64,000 bases of DNA from an uncultured Candidatus Saccharibacteria bacterium. GTDB taxonomy: Bacteria > Patescibacteriota > Minisyncoccia > UBA6257. The first letter of the stretch is position 1, and each line of letters begins with the position of its first letter. Under the pieces are notes generated by a model, which saw only the letters and a program-made list of their open reading frames with translations, was not told the origin of the DNA and did not search any database. This document shows positions 37,750 through 47,867 of this stretch, piece by piece. Position numbers and translations under genes: made by a program. The DNA lies in the NCBI GenBank assembly GCA_964479005.1, contig CAYZJA010000001.1, forward strand, positions 64,001 through 128,000. The letters run 5' to 3'.

Positions 37750-38949
37750 ATGGCAGAAAAAGAGAAATTTGTTCGTGGAAAAACACATATGAATGTAGGA
37801 ACCATTGGTCATATTGATCATGGTAAAACTACCTTAACAGCAGCTATTTCACATGCGCTTCACCTGAAAGGTTTAGCGAAGAAGGCCCTTAATGTTGCTG
37901 AAATTGATAAGGCTCCTGAAGAAAAAGCCCGTGGTATTACCATTAACGTTCATCATTCCGAGTATGAAACTGAAAAAAGGCATTATGCTCATATCGATTG
38001 TCCAGGACATATTGATTATATTAAAAATATGGTCACTGGATCAGCGCAAATGGATGGCGCCATCCTAGTAGTTTCTGCTCCTGATGGCCCTATGCCGCAA
38101 ACATTTGAGCATATTCTTTTAGCTCGTCAAGTTGGAGTTCCTGCAATGGTAGTCTTTTTGAATAAAACAGACATGGTTCAGGATAAAGAATTATTGGAAT
38201 TAGTGGAAACTGAGATAAGGGAACTTTTAACTAAGAATGGTTATCCTGGAAATGATGTTCCTATAATAAAGGGATCATCTTTAAAAGCATTGGATGCTAA
38301 ATCTGTTGATGATACTGAAATAAAGCCAATATTTGAATTAATAGATGCGCTTGATTCTTATTTCCCTGATCCAGTAAGGGATACAGATAAACCATTTCTT
38401 ATGCCTATTGAAGATATATTCTCTATAGAAGGACGTGGTACTGTAGCTACTGGAAGAGTTGAAAGAGGAAGAATTAATATCAATGATGAAGTAGAAATTA
38501 TAGGATATCATCCAACAGTAAAAACTGTTGTGACTGGCCTTGAAATGTTTAATAAATCTCTTGATGAAAGCCAAGCTGGAGATAACGTAGGCGTTCTATT
38601 AAGAGGAACTAAGAAAGAAGAAATAAGGAGAGGCCAAGTATTAGCTAAGCCAGGTTCTATTACTCCTCATACAGAGTTTGAAGCAGAGGTTTATATCTTA
38701 GCCAAAGAAGAAGGCGGAAGGCATACGCCGTTCTTTAGTGGCTATAAGCCCCAATTCTTTATTCGCACAGCTGATGTTACAGGAGAAGTTACTCTTCCTG
38801 AAGGAGTAGAAATGGTTATGCCTGGCGATAATGTAAAGTTTAAAGTTAAATTAATTGCTCCAGTTGCGTTAGACGATACTTCTCGTTTTGCCATTAGAGA
38901 AGGTGGACGAACTGTAGGTGCTGGAGTTGTTACAAAAATTATAAAGTAA
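37750..38949 (+). CDS. tuf: elongation factor Tu
   Basis: [29 protein letters not shown]. Confidence 0.95.
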   Translation: MAEKEKFVRGKTHMNVGTIGHIDHGKTTLTAAISHALHLKGLAKKALNVAEIDKAPEEKARGITINVHHSEYETEKRHYAHIDCPGHIDYIKNMVTGSAQMDGAILVVSAPDGPMPQTFEHILLARQVGVPAMVVFLNKTDMVQDKELLELVETEIRELLTKNGYPGNDVPIIKGSSLKALDAKSVDDTEIKPIFELIDALDSYFPDPVRDTDKPFLMPIEDIFSIEGRGTVATGRVERGRININDEVEIIGYHPTVKTVVTGLEMFNKSLDESQAGDNVGVLLRGTKKEEIRRGQVLAKPGSITPHTEFEAEVYILAKEEGGRHTPFFSGYKPQFFIRTADVTGEVTLPEGVEMVMPGDNVKFKVKLIAPVALDDTSRFAIREGGRTVGAGVVTKIIK

Positions 38950-38959
38950 AGAATTTATC

Positions 38960-39286
38960 GTGCCTACTTCTAAGACCGAGATTCAACAGAAGATTAGAAT
39001 TAAAATAAAGGGCTATGATCATCGGATCCTTGACAACTCTTGTCAGCAAATTATTGAGACTGTAATGAGATATGGCAGCGAAGCTATTGGTCCAATCCCT
39101 TTGCCAACCGAAATTCATCGTTATACAGTGAATAGGGCTACTTTTGTTAAAAAGGATGCCAGGGAGCAGTTTGAAATCAGGATTCATAAAAGATTGATAG
39201 AAATTCCTAATCCTAATCAGAAAATTATTGAAGCCCTTACAAGTTTAGATTTGCCGGCAGGAGTAGATATAGAAATAAAGATGTAA
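38960..39286 (+). CDS. rpsJ: 30S ribosomal protein S10 (GTG start)
   Basis: [16 protein letters not shown]...GPIPLPT...RATF. Confidence 0.9.
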   Translation: MPTSKTEIQQKIRIKIKGYDHRILDNSCQQIIETVMRYGSEAIGPIPLPTEIHRYTVNRATFVKKDAREQFEIRIHKRLIEIPNPNQKIIEALTSLDLPAGVDIEIKM

Positions 39287-39324
39287 AATCAGCACAGCTA
39301 GTCTATAGCGGTAACCTTGAGGAA

Positions 39325-39348
39325 AACTGGGCTAGTGCCCAGTTTTTC
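39325..39348 (+). terminator. hairpin plus T-run between rpsJ and rplC (attenuator/terminator candidate)
   Basis: AACTGGGCTAGTGCCCAGTTTTT. Confidence 0.4.
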
Positions 39349-39360
39349 AATGTCAAATTT

Positions 39361-39960
39361 ATGAAATTTATATTAGCTAAAAAATTGAAAATGTCGCAGG
39401 TTTTTGATAGCGAAGAAAAAGTTATTCCAGTAACTATTTTAGAGGCTGGTCCTGTTAAAATTACACAAATAAAAACCGAAGATAAAGATGGTTATGAAGC
39501 TATTCAGATTGGCTATGGGCATAAAAAAAATCAAACAAAAGCTTTGGCCGGGCACTTAAAGGATTTAGGAAAGTTTTCTTGGCTAGCAGAAATTCATGGA
39601 AAGGTTTCTGATTACAAAGTTGGTGATGAAATTAAGGTAGATATTTTTAAAGAAGGGGATAAAGTAATAGTAATAGGAAAAAGTAAGGGAAAGGGCTTTC
39701 AGGGCGTGGTTAAAAGACATGGATTTAGAGGTTCTCCTGCAAGCCACGGAACAAAAGATAGATTGAGAGCGCCTGGATCAATTGGCGCTACTGGGCTTCA
39801 TCGTGTAGTAAAGGGCAAAAAAATGGCGGGCAGAATGGGCCAGGATCAGTTGACATTAAAAAAAATAGAGGTTATAAAAGTTGATTCAGAAAAAGGTCTT
39901 CTTTATTTGAAAGGAGCTATTCCCGGCAGAAGAGGTTCATTAATAAAAGTTATGGGATAA
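39361..39960 (+). CDS. rplC: 50S ribosomal protein L3
   Basis: Conserved L3 sequence (GKSKGKGFQGVVKRHGF...). Confidence 0.9.
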   Translation: MKFILAKKLKMSQVFDSEEKVIPVTILEAGPVKITQIKTEDKDGYEAIQIGYGHKKNQTKALAGHLKDLGKFSWLAEIHGKVSDYKVGDEIKVDIFKEGDKVIVIGKSKGKGFQGVVKRHGFRGSPASHGTKDRLRAPGSIGATGLHRVVKGKKMAGRMGQDQLTLKKIEVIKVDSEKGLLYLKGAIPGRRGSLIKVMG

Positions 39961-39965
39961 AAGAT

Positions 39966-40598
39966 ATGAAAGCGCCTATTTACAATTTAAAAGGAAAGAC
40001 ATTAAAAAAGATTGAGTTATCTGAGGATATTTTTGGTAAGAAGATTAATAATAATCTTGTTCACCAGGTTTATACAAGCCTTTTAAGCAATCGACGAAAA
40101 CCATTAGCTTTTAGTAAAGACAGGTCAGAAGTGAGAGGTGGAGGAAAAAAGCCATGGAGGCAAAAAGGGACAGGAAGGGCCAGGCATGGCTCTATTCGTT
40201 CTCCTTTATGGAAAGGAGGTGGGGTGACATTTGGTCCGAGAGCAAAAGAAAGAGATTTTAAAAAGAAGATAAATAAAAAGATAAAAAAGGACGCTATTAA
40301 AATGGTTCTTTCCCAGAAGTTTAGAGATGGGGAGATTAAAATAATTGAGGATATCGATTTAAAGGAACATAAAACCAGCCAAATGGATAAATTTTTTAGA
40401 AGCCTTTTAAAAATAGAAAAGAAATTTCCAAAAGTTTTGTTTTTAATTGACTCAAAAAATGAGGTATTACGAAAGAGTGCGAAAAATCTACCCTATATTA
40501 AAATTATGAATGCTGAGAATATTGATTTGATAGAAATATTAAATAATAAATATTTGGTGATATCAAAAAATATTTTGCCAATGATAGAGATTAAGTAA
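39966..40598 (+). CDS. rplD: 50S ribosomal protein L4
   Basis: RGGGKKPWRQKGTGRAR. Confidence 0.9.
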   Translation: MKAPIYNLKGKTLKKIELSEDIFGKKINNNLVHQVYTSLLSNRRKPLAFSKDRSEVRGGGKKPWRQKGTGRARHGSIRSPLWKGGGVTFGPRAKERDFKKKINKKIKKDAIKMVLSQKFRDGEIKIIEDIDLKEHKTSQMDKFFRSLLKIEKKFPKVLFLIDSKNEVLRKSAKNLPYIKIMNAENIDLIEILNNKYLVISKNILPMIEIK

Positions 40599-40606
40599 AT
40601 AAATTT

Positions 40607-41065
40607 ATGGGTATTTTGAATATTTTTAAAAATAAGAACCTTTTTCGTTCTACTCAAAAGAACCTTGTTTCTCGTGATGCTCGAAATAAGAAAATCGAAG
40701 AAAAAAAGGTTGAGAAAGAGAAAACCAAAAAGCCAGTAGCAGAAGAAAAGAAAGTTGAAATAAAAGGGAAGATTGTTTTAGAAGGATCCTCTTCGGCATT
40801 GTTGATTAATCCTTATTTGAGCGAAAAGTCTACTAGTTTAAGAGAGCAAGAAAATAAATATATTTTTAAAGTTAGCCCTAGAGCGACAAAAAACGAAATA
40901 AAAAAACTTTTAGAAAATATTTACAATGTGGAGGTAACCAAGATTAATGTAATAAATACCCCTGCTAAGCCTAAAAGATGGAGACAGAAAAAAAGATATT
41001 TTAACAGGAGTAAAAAAATGATGGTTACCATAAAGAAAGGCCAAAAAATAGAATTAGGAATATGA
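40607..41065 (+). CDS. rplW: 50S ribosomal protein L23 with a K/E-rich N-terminal extension
   Basis: C-terminal L23 core INPYLSEKST...KYIFKV...EIKKLLENIYNVEVTKINV. Confidence 0.85.
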   Translation: MGILNIFKNKNLFRSTQKNLVSRDARNKKIEEKKVEKEKTKKPVAEEKKVEIKGKIVLEGSSSALLINPYLSEKSTSLREQENKYIFKVSPRATKNEIKKLLENIYNVEVTKINVINTPAKPKRWRQKKRYFNRSKKMMVTIKKGQKIELGI

Positions 41066-41898
41066 TAAAAAGATATAAACCAACAACACCATCTCGTCGC
41101 CACTATACTGTTTCTGATTATTCAGTTTTAACTAGTGAAAAGCCTTTTAAAAGACTAACTTCTTCTAAAAAAAGAAGCGTTGGGAGATCTAAAGGAAGAA
41201 TAACGGTTCGGCATAAAGGTGGCGGCAACAAGAAACTGCATAGAGAGATTGTTTTTGGCGAGCAAAAAAAAGGAGTTCCGGGAATAATAAAGACCATAGA
41301 ATATGATCCTTACCGCTCTGCATTTATCTCATTGGTATCTTATAAAGACGGCGATTGGCGCTATATTTTATCTCCACATAATTTGAAAGTTGGGGATGAA
41401 ATTATTTGTGATGAAAAAACGCCTTTTAAGAAAGGAAATAGATTGCAATTAAAAAATATTCCAGTCGGAAGCTTGATACATAATATAGAAATTAGAGTAG
41501 GCGCTGGAGGAAGACTAGCTAAGTCAGCAGGATCTTCTGCGCAAGTTATAACCCAAGATGGAAAACATACCCATCTTAAAATGCCTTCATCAGAAATAAG
41601 GAAGATATTGGATGTTTGCTATGCGTCAATTGGGCAACTTTCTAATGTTGAACATGGAATGGTAAGCATTGGAAAAGCAGGAAGGGCGCGTCATATGGGA
41701 AGAAGGCCCAAAGTAAGAGGAACGGCAATGAATCCTGTAGATCATCCATATGGTGGCGGAGAAGGAAAAACGCAAAGAGGAACAAAAAGGCCAAAAAGCA
41801 TTTATGGTAAAGTTACTGGTGGCGTAAAAACAAGAAAGAAGAAAAAATATTCTAATAAGTTTATTATAAAAAAGCGAAAGAAAAAACGTAAAAAATAA
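41062..41898 (+). CDS. rplB: 50S ribosomal protein L2
   Basis: Conserved L2 (HKGGG..., GRNxxG-like, C-terminal K-rich tail). Confidence 0.95.
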   Translation: MIKRYKPTTPSRRHYTVSDYSVLTSEKPFKRLTSSKKRSVGRSKGRITVRHKGGGNKKLHREIVFGEQKKGVPGIIKTIEYDPYRSAFISLVSYKDGDWRYILSPHNLKVGDEIICDEKTPFKKGNRLQLKNIPVGSLIHNIEIRVGAGGRLAKSAGSSAQVITQDGKHTHLKMPSSEIRKILDVCYASIGQLSNVEHGMVSIGKAGRARHMGRRPKVRGTAMNPVDHPYGGGEGKTQRGTKRPKSIYGKVTGGVKTRKKKKYSNKFIIKKRKKKRKK

Positions 41899-41902
41899 TA
41901 TT

Positions 41903-42232
41903 ATGTCTCGTTCACTAAAAAAAGGCCCATACGTTCATCCAAAATTGTTAAAGAAACTCTCCAAGATAAAGATAGGAGATAAAACTCCTATTAAAACTTG
42001 GTCTAGAGATTCAATAATTACACCAGAAATGGTTGGTTTTGTTTTCGCCGTGCATAATGGTAAAGATTTTATTGAGGTAGAAACAAGAGAAGAAATGGTT
42101 GGGCATCATTTAGGGGAATTTTCTTTAACAAGAAAGTTTTTTAAACATGGTGGAAAAATGCAAAAAGAATTGGAAGCAAAAGCAAGGGTTTCAGAAAAAA
42201 CATCAGCGTCTGCGCAAAGTGAAAAAAAATAA
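41903..42232 (+). CDS. rpsS: 30S ribosomal protein S19
   Basis: [10 protein letters not shown]...HNGK.F..V. Confidence 0.9.
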   Translation: MSRSLKKGPYVHPKLLKKLSKIKIGDKTPIKTWSRDSIITPEMVGFVFAVHNGKDFIEVETREEMVGHHLGEFSLTRKFFKHGGKMQKELEAKARVSEKTSASAQSEKK

Positions 42233-42251
42233 ATATTTAGCAGAATAAATT

Positions 42252-42764
42252 ATGGAAGTTAAAGCCTCTTTAAAATATTTAAGAATTAGTCCTCGGAAAG
42301 TCCGATTACTCACAAATTTAATAAAAGGGCTATCTGTTAAAAGCGCAGAAGCTAATTTGCTTCATATTTCTAAGAAAAGCAGCAAGCCTTTGTTAAAATT
42401 ATTAAGATCTGCTATAGCTAATGCTAAACATAATTTTGATTTAGATAAAGACAATCTTTTTATTAGGGCTATTAGAGTAGATGAAGGGCCGGCTTTTAAG
42501 AGGTTCCGTCCTAGAGCGCGTGGAGCAGCTTATCCAATAAGAAAAAGAACCTCACATATCTTTCTTACCTTAAAGGAAATAAAAGAAAAGGAAACTAAAA
42601 CAAAAAAAGAAGTTAAAGATGTTAAACATGAGAAGGAGATAAAAGAGAAAAAAGCTCGAGTAAAAAGTTCCGCTTTTGTAAAAAAACCAGAGTTTAAAAA
42701 AGAAGAAAAAATAATAAAGAGATCTGCTCAAAAACAAAGAATATTTCGTCGTAAAGCAATTTAA
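42252..42764 (+). CDS. rplV: 50S ribosomal protein L22 with a K-rich C-terminal extension
   Basis: L22 core (ISPRKVRL...) plus about 60 aa of K/E-rich tail. Confidence 0.85.
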   Translation: MEVKASLKYLRISPRKVRLLTNLIKGLSVKSAEANLLHISKKSSKPLLKLLRSAIANAKHNFDLDKDNLFIRAIRVDEGPAFKRFRPRARGAAYPIRKRTSHIFLTLKEIKEKETKTKKEVKDVKHEKEIKEKKARVKSSAFVKKPEFKKEEKIIKRSAQKQRIFRRKAI

Positions 42765-42772
42765 ATATTGAT

Positions 42773-43420
42773 ATGGGTCAAAAAATTAATCCAAAATCTT
42801 TTAGGATAGGTATTAACAAGGGATGGCATTCCCGTTGGTTTAATTTAAAAGAATCCCCAAAATTATTGGAACAGGATTATAAAATTCGTGAATTTATTTA
42901 TAAAAAAGCTAAAACATGCAGGATAGAAAGCGTGGATATTGAAAGAAAAGCCGGTGATATTAAAATTATTATTAAAACTGCTCGTCCCGGATTATTGATT
43001 GGCCGTCAGGGTAAAGGCATAGAAGATATTCAAAAAGGATTAGCAAAGTTATTAAAGATCAAATCGCGTATTGATATTTCAATTGAAGAAGTTAAACATC
43101 CGGAAATATCTGGGGAGATTGTAGCTCAAAGCATTGCTGAAGATATAGAAAAGAGAATGCCATACAGAAGAGTCCTAAAGCAATATATAACCAAAGTAAT
43201 ACAGCGTAAAGAGGTCTTGGGTGTGAAAATTATGCTTTCAGGCAGGTTAGACGGAACAGAGATTGCACGTAATGAATGGCTAAAAGAAGGAAAATTGCCC
43301 TTATCAACTATTAGGGCAGATATTGATTATGGTTTTACTGAAGCGCGTTGTACTTATGGAACAATAGGAATAAAAGTATGGATTTATAAAGGAGAAAAGT
43401 TTTCAGATATTAATAAATAG
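42773..43420 (+). CDS. rpsC: 30S ribosomal protein S3
   Basis: MGQKINP..FR.G....W.S.W; KH domain. Confidence 0.95.
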   Translation: MGQKINPKSFRIGINKGWHSRWFNLKESPKLLEQDYKIREFIYKKAKTCRIESVDIERKAGDIKIIIKTARPGLLIGRQGKGIEDIQKGLAKLLKIKSRIDISIEEVKHPEISGEIVAQSIAEDIEKRMPYRRVLKQYITKVIQRKEVLGVKIMLSGRLDGTEIARNEWLKEGKLPLSTIRADIDYGFTEARCTYGTIGIKVWIYKGEKFSDINK

Positions 43421-43428
43421 TAATTCTT

Positions 43429-43842
43429 ATGTTATTGCCAAAAAAAGTAAAACATAGAAAAATGCATAAAGGTCGGAAGAGATTTCGCCAAGTAGAAACC
43501 AGGGGAATTGAACTTTCTTTTGGTAGTTTTGGATTAAAGGCCATGGAAGAATCCTGGTTAACATCCCAACAGATTGAATCAGCTTATCGGGCAATAGCCC
43601 GTTCCTTGCGAAAAGAAGGAAAAATCTGGATGAGGGTATTTCCTGATAAACCTATTACTAAAAAAGCGGCAGAAACTAAAATGGGCAAAGGAAAGGGTTC
43701 TGTGGATCATTACGTTTTTCCAGTAAGGCCCGGAAGAATTCTTTTTGAATTAGACGGAATCTCTTATGAAAAAGTGAAAGAAGCTTTTCGTTTGGCTAAT
43801 TCAAAATTACCAATTAAAACTTTAATTATTAGAAAACAATAA
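43429..43842 (+). CDS. rplP: 50S ribosomal protein L16
   Basis: MLLPKKVKHRK.H.GR. Confidence 0.95.
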   Translation: MLLPKKVKHRKMHKGRKRFRQVETRGIELSFGSFGLKAMEESWLTSQQIESAYRAIARSLRKEGKIWMRVFPDKPITKKAAETKMGKGKGSVDHYVFPVRPGRILFELDGISYEKVKEAFRLANSKLPIKTLIIRKQ

Positions 43843-43844
43843 TT

Positions 43845-44045
43845 ATGGTAAAAGCAAAAGAATTACGATTAAAACCCGAAGAGGAATTAAATCAATTACT
43901 GTCTGAATCCCAAAAGAAATTACGGGAATTGAGGTTTAATTTGGCTAGCGGAAAAGTTAAAAACGTACGCACCATTCGTGTTTTGAAAAAGAACATTGCG
44001 AGAATTTTAACTATTTTAAATGAAGAAAATGAAAATCAACTCTAA
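43845..44045 (+). CDS. rpmC: 50S ribosomal protein L29
   Basis: AKELR.K..EEL...L.E....L..LRF. Operon position. Confidence 0.85.
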   Translation: MVKAKELRLKPEEELNQLLSESQKKLRELRFNLASGKVKNVRTIRVLKKNIARILTILNEENENQL

Positions 44046-44169
44046 TTATGAGCCAAAGGCGAATAACAAGGTTCTTATTATGAGCAAAGCAAATAACAAG
44101 GTTCTTATTATGAGCCAAAGGCGAATAACAAGGTTCTTATTATGAGCAAAGCAAATAACAAGGTTCTTA
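44046..44169 (+). repeat. tandem array of 4 units (32/30/32/30 bp) of a short dispersed repeat
   Basis: ttatgagccaaaggcgaataacaaggttctta alternates with ttatgagcaaagcaaataacaaggttctta and fills the whole rpmC-rpsQ intergenic space. Confidence 0.85.
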
Positions 44170-44170
44170 T

Positions 44171-44479
44171 ATGGAAAAACAAATTAAAAAACAAAAAAGG
44201 ATATTAAAAGGAGAAGTTATATCAGACAAGATGGATAAAACTGTTGTAGTTAAGGTTTCCAGATTGAAAGTGCATCCGAAATATAAGAAGCGCTATAAAA
44301 TTACCAAGCGTTTTAAAGCCCATGATGAGAAGAATGAGTGTCGTGTAGGCGATAAAGTAATGATTGAAGAAACAAGGCCTCTATCTAAAGGGAAAAGATG
44401 GAAAGTGAAACATAAAGAACAAATAACAAATAATAAGAAAGAAGATGATTCAACCGCAGACAATATTAAAAGTAATTGA
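44171..44479 (+). CDS. rpsQ: 30S ribosomal protein S17 with a C-terminal extension
   Basis: [21 protein letters not shown]...HPKYKK...K..AHDE...GD.V.I.E.RPLSK.K.W. Confidence 0.9.
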   Translation: MEKQIKKQKRILKGEVISDKMDKTVVVKVSRLKVHPKYKKRYKITKRFKAHDEKNECRVGDKVMIEETRPLSKGKRWKVKHKEQITNNKKEDDSTADNIKSN

Positions 44480-44813
44480 TAATAGTGGCGCGAAAGTAAT
44501 CCGTTGTTTTCGAGTATTAGGCGGAACGAAAAGAAGATATGCTGAGATTGGCGATATTGTTGTTGCTTCTGTTCAAATAGCTGAGCCTCGTAGAGAAGTG
44601 AAGAAAAAAGCGGTAGTAAAAGCCATAATCGTGCGTCAGAAAAAGGCTTTTAGGAGAAAAGACGGAAGCTATATTCGTTTTAATGAAAACGCTGCGGTTC
44701 TTGTTAATGATAAAAAAGAACCTTTGGGTAATCGTATTTTTGGTCCTGTGCCGCGCGAAATAAAAGAAAGAGGGTATAGTAAAATAGCGGGTTTAGCCCC
44801 AGAATTAGTATAA
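44445..44813 (+). CDS. rplN: 50S ribosomal protein L14
   Basis: [17 protein letters not shown]... Confidence 0.95.
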   Translation: MIQPQTILKVIDNSGAKVIRCFRVLGGTKRRYAEIGDIVVASVQIAEPRREVKKKAVVKAIIVRQKKAFRRKDGSYIRFNENAAVLVNDKKEPLGNRIFGPVPREIKERGYSKIAGLAPELV

Positions 44814-44822
44814 TTTATATTT

Positions 44823-45131
44823 ATGAATATTAAAAAAGGCGATACAGTTTTAATGAAAAAAGGCAAAGATAAAGGAAAGACAGGTAAAGTGATAAAGGTT
44901 TTGCCAAAAGATGGCAAGGTGGTTGTTGAAGCTTTAAATTTAATAAAAAAGATTCAAAAAGCCAAAAAGGCAGGTGAAAAAGGGCAAATGATTTCAGTTC
45001 CGAGACCTGTTTATAGAGCTAATGTTATGCTAATTTGTCCTAATTGTAAGCGACCTACAAGAATTAGTTATACTAAAGATGATGGCGCTAAATACAGAGT
45101 TTGTAAAAAATGCGGTTCAAAGATTTCCTAA
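44823..45131 (+). CDS. rplX: 50S ribosomal protein L24 with a C-terminal CxxC...CxxC zinc-ribbon extension
   Basis: KOW motif KKGDTVLMKKGKDKGKTGKV, plus CPNCKRPTRIS...CKKCGSK. Confidence 0.85.
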   Translation: MNIKKGDTVLMKKGKDKGKTGKVIKVLPKDGKVVVEALNLIKKIQKAKKAGEKGQMISVPRPVYRANVMLICPNCKRPTRISYTKDDGAKYRVCKKCGSKIS

Positions 45132-45137
45132 GTATTA

Positions 45138-45710
45138 ATGACGTTTATGAAATTTTCTTACAAAGAACAATTTAAAAAAATAGTAATTCCAGAAATGAAA
45201 AAAGAATATCATATTGATAATGATTTGAGAGTACCAAGAATTATAAAGGTGGTGGTTAATATAGGCATAGGTCGATTAACTACTGGTTCTAAGAATAACA
45301 AAGAATTAATTAAAAGGGTTTCAGATGCTTTGGCAATAATTACCGGCCAAAAACCATCTGTAAGGGCGGCAAAAAAATCTATTGCAAGCTTTAAAACAAG
45401 AGAAGGAATGCCGATTGGTTTGAAAGTTACTTTAAGAGGCAAGAGGATGGAGGATTTTATTTATAAATTTGTTAGTTTGACCATTCCAAGGATTAGAGAT
45501 TTTTGGGGAATCCCTTTAAAGAATATTGACGAGACTGGAAATTTAAATTATGGTATTAAAGAATGTAATGTTTTTCCGGAGACAGAAAGCATACAAAATA
45601 TTCCTTCATTTGGCTTGGAAATTACCTTTGTTACAAGCACAAAAAATAGAGAGCAGTCAATGAAATTATATAAACTATTAGGTTTTCCTTTATGGCAAAA
45701 AAATCAGTAA
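45138..45710 (+). CDS. rplE: 50S ribosomal protein L5
   Basis: Conserved L5. The start could be the second ATG at 45147. Confidence 0.9.
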   Translation: MTFMKFSYKEQFKKIVIPEMKKEYHIDNDLRVPRIIKVVVNIGIGRLTTGSKNNKELIKRVSDALAIITGQKPSVRAAKKSIASFKTREGMPIGLKVTLRGKRMEDFIYKFVSLTIPRIRDFWGIPLKNIDETGNLNYGIKECNVFPETESIQNIPSFGLEITFVTSTKNREQSMKLYKLLGFPLWQKNQ

Positions 45711-45877
45711 TAGCAAGATCTAAAAAGAAACCCAAGTTCTCTTCACGAATAGTGCGGCGTTGTTGGCGTTGCGGAAGAAAAAAAGGCTATATTAGAGATT
45801 TTGGCCTTTGCCGTATATGTTTTAGGGAGTTAGCTTCAGAAGGAAAAATACCTGGAATAAAAAAAGCAAGCTGGTAA
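45692..45877 (+). CDS. rpsN: 30S ribosomal protein S14, zinc-binding type Z (61 aa)
   Basis: [23 protein letters not shown]. Confidence 0.9.
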   Translation: MAKKSVIARSKKKPKFSSRIVRRCWRCGRKKGYIRDFGLCRICFRELASEGKIPGIKKASW

Positions 45878-45931
45878 AAGGTAAATAACAAATAACAATA
45901 AACAATAGAACAATTTAGTAATTTATATCTT

Positions 45932-46324
45932 ATGACCGATCCTATAGCAGACATGTTAACAAGAATACGTAATGCTCAAGCAGTTAAAAAAGAAACCGTT
46001 GTTTTCCCTTATTCAAAAATAAAATGGGAGATTTTAAATGTTTTATCAAAAAGTGATTATATCAAGGGGTTAGATAAAACAAACAAAAAAAATAAAAAGT
46101 TTATTGAAATAATTCTAAAATATGATGAAGAGAAAACTCCAAAGATTTCTGAATTAAAGAGAGTTTCTAAGCCATCAAGACGCGTATATGTTCACGCAAA
46201 AGATATTTGGTTTTTTAAAAAAGGTTTAGGCATAAAAGTTTTGTCAACTCCAAAAGGAGTTCTTTCTGATAAAGAATCAAAGAAATTAAATGTCGGCGGG
46301 GAGATTTTATTAGAAATATGGTAA
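45932..46324 (+). CDS. rpsH: 30S ribosomal protein S8
   Basis: TDPIADMLTRIRNA... Confidence 0.95.
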   Translation: MTDPIADMLTRIRNAQAVKKETVVFPYSKIKWEILNVLSKSDYIKGLDKTNKKNKKFIEIILKYDEEKTPKISELKRVSKPSRRVYVHAKDIWFFKKGLGIKVLSTPKGVLSDKESKKLNVGGEILLEIW

Positions 46325-46334
46325 TTTATATATT

Positions 46335-46877
46335 ATGTCTCGTATAGGTAAAAAAGAAATTAATATTCCAGATTCAGTTGAAGTAGTATTGGAAGAAAAC
46401 AAATTAAAAGCCAAGGGTCCTAAGGGTGAGGATTTTTTAATTATCAAAAATGGTTTTAAAATTAATATTAAAGATAATGCCTTATTAGTTATTCCTTTAG
46501 AGCAAAAAAAAGATACTTCTGCCCAATGGGGGACTTTAAGAGCATTAATTAATAATCTTATAATAGGGGTAGATAAAGGATTTGAAAAACAATTGGAGAT
46601 TAATGGAGTAGGTTATCGCGCTGATATGGATGGAGCTAATTTGAATCTTAAATTAGGATATAGTCATCCAATTATACTTTCTGTTCCCGAAGGACTGGAT
46701 GTAAAAGTGGAAAAAAATATAATCACTATTAATGGTATTTCAAAAGAAAAAGTTGGACAATTTGCCGCGCTAATAAAGTTTCAAAGGCCTGTGGAACCTT
46801 ATAAAGGAAAAGGTGTTCGTTATGTTGGGGAAAAAGTTTTACGAAAAGCGGGTAAGAAGGTGGTAACCACTGCTTAA
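46335..46877 (+). CDS. rplF: 50S ribosomal protein L6
   Basis: MSRIGKK.I.IP..V... Confidence 0.95.
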   Translation: MSRIGKKEINIPDSVEVVLEENKLKAKGPKGEDFLIIKNGFKINIKDNALLVIPLEQKKDTSAQWGTLRALINNLIIGVDKGFEKQLEINGVGYRADMDGANLNLKLGYSHPIILSVPEGLDVKVEKNIITINGISKEKVGQFAALIKFQRPVEPYKGKGVRYVGEKVLRKAGKKVVTTA

Positions 46878-46894
46878 ATTAATTAAAAGAGTAA

Positions 46895-47299
46895 ATGAAT
46901 AAAAATAGCAAAAGAGAGCAAAGAGAAAAAAGGCATAGAAGAGTAAGGGCAAAGATCCATGGAACAAAAGATAGGCCCCGTCTTTGTATTTTTAAATCCA
47001 ATAAGCATATTTACGCTCAAATTATTAATGATGATAAGGGATTTACACTCGTTTTTGCTTCAGATTTAGAAATCAAAGATTCAAAAAAAGATAAGAACCT
47101 TGCTTCGCAAGAACCTTGTTATTCGCCTTTGGCTCATAATAAAAAAATTAATTTAGCTCAAAAAGTTGGGGAATTAATAGCTAAGAGGGCAAAAGATAAA
47201 AAAATAACGAAAATTCTTTTTGACAGAGGTGGATTTAAATATCACGGTCAAGTGAAAACTTTAGCTGATGAAGCCAGAAAACACGGATTACAGTTTTAA
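46895..47299 (+). CDS. rplR: 50S ribosomal protein L18 carrying an in-frame insertion of about 15 aa derived from the dispersed repeat
   Basis: L18 core ([18 protein letters not shown]...[20 protein letters not shown]), with the extra segment [17 protein letters not shown]. Confidence 0.85.
   Translation: MNKNSKREQREKRHRRVRAKIHGTKDRPRLCIFKSNKHIYAQIINDDKGFTLVFASDLEIKDSKKDKNLASQEPCYSPLAHNKKINLAQKVGELIAKRAKDKKITKILFDRGGFKYHGQVKTLADEARKHGLQF
47091..47142 (+). repeat. inverted copy (about 1.5 units) of the dispersed repeat inside the rplR coding sequence
   Basis: ataagaaccttgcttcgcaagaaccttgttattcgcctttggctcataataa is the reverse complement of the 44046-44169 unit. Confidence 0.8.
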
Positions 47300-47312
47300 T
47301 TTTTAAACCATT

Positions 47313-47867
47313 ATGGCTTTTAATAGAAGATCGAAGGTAAATAAAAGTGAATTTGAAGAGAGTCTTTTAGATATTGCGCGTGTAACTCGAGTAGTAGCAG
47401 GAGGAAAACGTTTAAGTTTTCGAGCTACGTTGGTAATTGGCAATAAATCCAAGCATCAAGTTGGTGTCGGGATAAGTAAAGGAAAAGATGTGGCTCAGGC
47501 GATTCAAAAAGCAAATAATAATGCAAAAAAGAATCTCATTATTGTTCCAATTATTAATGAAACAATTCCACATGAAGTAAAAGCGAAATATAAAGCCTCA
47601 AGAGTAATCATAAAGCCAGCCAAAAAAGGAAGAGGAATAAGAGCTGGCGGAGCAGTGCGAACTGTATTAAAATTAGCTAATGTCCCAAATGCTAATGCTA
47701 AAATTTTAAGTTCCAGCACTAATGCTATTAATAATGCCAGAGTAACTATTCTTGCTCTTTCTAAATTAAAGAGTTTTGTCAGTAAAGAAAAATCTAATGA
47801 AGAAAAATCCATTGATAAAAAACAACAAACAAAGAATTATGCAAATTCATCAGATAAGATCAAATAA
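47313..47867 (+). CDS. rpsE: 30S ribosomal protein S5 with a C-terminal extension
   Basis: Conserved S5 core (VTRVVAGGKR.SFRA.VVIGN.....GVG..K). Confidence 0.9.
   Translation: MAFNRRSKVNKSEFEESLLDIARVTRVVAGGKRLSFRATLVIGNKSKHQVGVGISKGKDVAQAIQKANNNAKKNLIIVPIINETIPHEVKAKYKASRVIIKPAKKGRGIRAGGAVRTVLKLANVPNANAKILSSSTNAINNARVTILALSKLKSFVSKEKSNEEKSIDKKQQTKNYANSSDKIK

Noticed and set aside
44046-44169. CRISPR array
   Set aside because: The units are directly contiguous, with no unique spacers between them. They alternate between two variants and match an inverted copy inside rplR. This is a tandem MITE-like repeat, not CRISPR.
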